A DNA stretch of 64,000 nt, taken from NCBI GenBank assembly GCA_963667175.2, contig CAXXXF010000016.1:96001-160000 (forward strand), given 5' to 3'. Position 1 is the first letter of the stretch; each line of letters opens with the position of its first letter. Of this stretch, positions 61,621-64,000 are shown piece after piece. Below the pieces are notes generated by a model. The model did no database searches. It saw only the letters and a list, made by a program, of their open reading frames with translations, and had not been told where the DNA came from. Position numbers and translations under genes: made by a program. Source of the stretch: Candidatus Latescibacterota bacterium (lineage in GTDB: Bacteria; Latescibacterota; UBA2968; GCA-2709665).

Positions 61621-62323
61621 TTACTGGTTTTTCCCCAATCCTCCGAGGTAGTCAGGTATTGTAATAAGCACCTTTATCCGCTCCCTTTCTTCCGTGGTTA
61701 TACTGCGAGAGACAAACGGGAAGAGATATAACAGAAGCTTCTTCGAATTGTCCCATGCATCACTTGTGTAAGTCATTCCATTGTGTAGCATGTTGAATGT
61801 TGTCATGATCCATTTGATGTATACAATCGGAATTAGCAAGTCGGAAATGCTCGTCCATCGATCGGCAAGATCCTCGCGCCGGTATTGAGTCTTTAATGTG
61901 TCGTCGCACTGCCCTGTGCAACACCAATAGACATGCTCGCAATGCTCTTGCCTTCGTTGCCCTTCCCGATGACGTCGGCTCCACTCCACTACAATGCCAC
62001 ATGGTTTCGGTAGGAGAAGATTCTCCCCACAATTGGTGCATAACAGATCAGATTTCTCCATGTAGATATCTGCGGGTCTCGGATGGCACACTTCCCATTC
62101 GGCGTAGGATTTAGGGAAAAAGCGCTTCGCAAGCGCTAGCCCCTGGGGGGAACTAATACATTCACTTTCAATTCTCTCATGGTCGTACACCAAGATTTCA
62201 AACTGCGATTCGGATGCTTTAAGTACAGATGCAAGACCAGAACTTATAACGGTGGAGTAAAACCCAACAAAACCATCACAATTGTGAGTAGAAATACGAT
62301 CGTGAATATCGAGTTCGTCGCGC
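61621..62323 (-). pseudogene. Mrr-like restriction endonuclease, 3' part (interrupted by IS3-family element)
   Basis: Open frame DELDIHDR..GFVGFYST..SSGL..YDHERIE, with Cys-rich CTNC and CCTGQC motifs; rejoins in frame with 63919-64000. Confidence 0.75.
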
Positions 62324-62400
62324 CCTACGTGCCAATATAGGGTGAGACAACTCCCCCTTCGAGATTAATGTCGTATCATGGGCGGAGAGGAGAACAAGAG

Positions 62401-62868
62401 ATGAGGTCAAGAACCGATGTTGTAGGCAACGGCAGCAAGGGGTCTCTGGTTGTGGAGGTCCCGCGCGGGACCTCCACAACCACGAGGCCGGATCCGGAGG
62501 TGCCGGCGCGTGCGAAGCGTCGCCGGTTCACGGCAAAGTACAAGCTTCGCATCCTGGAAGCGGCGGATGCGTGCCGTGCCCCTGGCGAAGTGGGCGCGCT
62601 GCTGCGCCGGGAGGGGTTGTATTCCTCGCAGTTGACGCAGTGGCGTCGTGCGCGTCGTGAGGGGTCGCTCAAGGCGCTGTCGAAGCTGCGGGGACCCAAG
62701 GGACATCGCCGCGACGAGGTGGCCGTCGAGAACCAGCACCTGCGCAAGGAGAACGCCCGTTTGCGTCGACGATTGGAACAGGCGAACACGATCCTCGAGA
62801 TCCAAAAAAAAGCCTCCGAGATCCTGGGTGTCCCCCTGAACCGGCCAGCAGGCGACGACGACGTATGA
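62401..62868 (+). CDS. IS3-family OrfA
   Basis: RRRFTAKYKLRIL..LLRREGLYSSQL..WR. The A8G run at 62804-62812 gives a -1 frame that is open into orfB. Confidence 0.9.
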   Translation: MRSRTDVVGNGSKGSLVVEVPRGTSTTTRPDPEVPARAKRRRFTAKYKLRILEAADACRAPGEVGALLRREGLYSSQLTQWRRARREGSLKALSKLRGPKGHRRDEVAVENQHLRKENARLRRRLEQANTILEIQKKASEILGVPLNRPAGDDDV

Positions 62869-63878
62869 TCCGTGCGGCAGAACAACTGGCCCCGAAGGTG
62901 GGCTTGGCTTCGGCGTGCCGGGCCCTGGGTGTGGCGCGTGCTTCGGTCTACCGTGCGCGTAAGCCAGCCCCACGCACGCCTCGTGGCGCGCGGTCCTCGT
63001 CGCCACGTGCGCTTTCCCAAAACGAGCGCGCCGCCGTGCTGGACATCCTGCACGAGGACCGCTTCGCAGACCAGGCGCCACCGGCAGTCTACGCCGCGTT
63101 GCTGGAGGAAGGGCGGTATGTCTGCTCGATCCGGACCATGTACCGTCTGCTTCACGACGCAGGGGAAGTGCGCCAGCGGAGACACCAGCTCCGTCATCCA
63201 CGTCTGGAACCGCCCCGCTTGATGGCGGATGCACCCAACCAGGTCTGGACGTGGGATATCACGCGGCTGCCAGGACCACGCAAGTGGGTGACCTATCCCC
63301 TCTACGTCGTACTGGATCTGTTCTCACGCTATGTCGTGGCCTGGACGGTCGCCACAAGGGAGAGCGCCACATACGCCAAGCGCCTGATTGCCAACGCATG
63401 CCAGAAACAGGGCATTCAACCCGGACAACTGACGCTGCACCAGGACCGCGGCGCACCCATGACGGCCAAGACCTTTTCGCAGTTGCTGATGGACCTCGAC
63501 ATCCTGGCCAGCTACTCTCGACCCCGTGTGTCCGATGACAACCCGTATTCCGAAAGCCAATTCAAGACGCTCAAATACGCGCCTTCATACCCCGGGCGCT
63601 TCACCAACCCGCAAGAAGCACGCACCTATTTACAGGCCTTCTTTCCCTGGTACAACACACAACACCGGCACAGCGGACTGGGCTTACTCACGCCCGATAC
63701 CGTCCACCACGGGCTGACACAGCAGTTTCAAGCCGCCAGACAATCGGTGCTGGACCAGGCCTATCACAACCACCCTGAACGATTTGTTAAGGGGCATCCT
63801 CGTCCACCACGCGTTCCAGACCAAGTCTGGATTAACCAACCACAGAACACCATCGAATGCCATCAGTTGCTTCACTAA
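62865..63878 (+). CDS. IS3-family OrfB (DDE integrase core)
   Basis: WTWDIT, DLFSRY, HQDRG, DNPYSESQFKTLK. Confidence 0.93.
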   Translation: MIRAAEQLAPKVGLASACRALGVARASVYRARKPAPRTPRGARSSSPRALSQNERAAVLDILHEDRFADQAPPAVYAALLEEGRYVCSIRTMYRLLHDAGEVRQRRHQLRHPRLEPPRLMADAPNQVWTWDITRLPGPRKWVTYPLYVVLDLFSRYVVAWTVATRESATYAKRLIANACQKQGIQPGQLTLHQDRGAPMTAKTFSQLLMDLDILASYSRPRVSDDNPYSESQFKTLKYAPSYPGRFTNPQEARTYLQAFFPWYNTQHRHSGLGLLTPDTVHHGLTQQFQAARQSVLDQAYHNHPERFVKGHPRPPRVPDQVWINQPQNTIECHQLLH

Positions 63879-63918
63879 ATTCCAACGGGAGGTGTCTCAT
63901 TTCTATTGACACGTTCCG

Positions 63919-64000
63919 GCGCTTTGTTACGGAATCTCCAGAATGTGCATTATGCTTACAACTGACAAGCCACCGTACACGCGTCACTCCTCCGACTCCA
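63919..64000 (-). pseudogene. Mrr-like restriction endonuclease, upstream part (runs off the window)
   Basis: GVGGVTRVRWLVSCKHNAHSGDSVTKR, in frame with DELDIHDR after IS removal. Confidence 0.75.

Larger units (their letters stand above)
62324..63918 (+). mobile_element. IS3-family insertion sequence
   Basis: Imperfect IRs CCTACGTGCCAATATAGGGTGAGACA and TGTCTCATTTCTATTGACACGTTCCG; 4-bp GCGC duplication at 62320-62323 and 63919-63922. Confidence 0.9.

Noticed and set aside
1-64000. tRNA/rRNA genes and prophage
   Set aside because: No cloverleaf or rRNA-like sequence and no phage structural genes were recognised.

Overview
Bacterial chromosomal window with a GC-rich core; the lineage cannot be fixed from sequence alone. 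(1) 1-16.2 kb, mostly + strand: an unusual export operon (golvesin-like domain gene end, RND adaptor, RND permease, a 1570-aa RND-permease/ABC-ATPase fusion with a membrane insert inside its ATPase, ABC permease), a diadenylate cyclase, a TPR protein and a heavily frameshifted heparinase/beta-propeller gene. (2) A dif-like XerCD site at 16235-16262, where gene orientation flips, so this is probably the replication terminus. (3) 16.3-36.9 kb, almost all - strand: housekeeping genes (gcvT, leuS, asnS, pnp, rpsO, ribF, truB, rbfA, infB, nusA, rimP, der and others). (4) 36.9-64 kb: a more AT-rich, mostly co-oriented defence/TA island. It holds intact and broken TA modules, REP-like repeats, a 1510-aa nuclease-STAND protein, a DUF2283-fused frameshifted giant, an N6-methyltransferase plus PLD-SNF2 helicase pair, and a GxxExxY gene wrapped in inverted repeat arrays with a triplicated helicase 3' end. 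An IS256-family and an IS3-family element each split a nuclease gene that can be rejoined in frame. All family calls come from motif recognition by eye; no searches were run.
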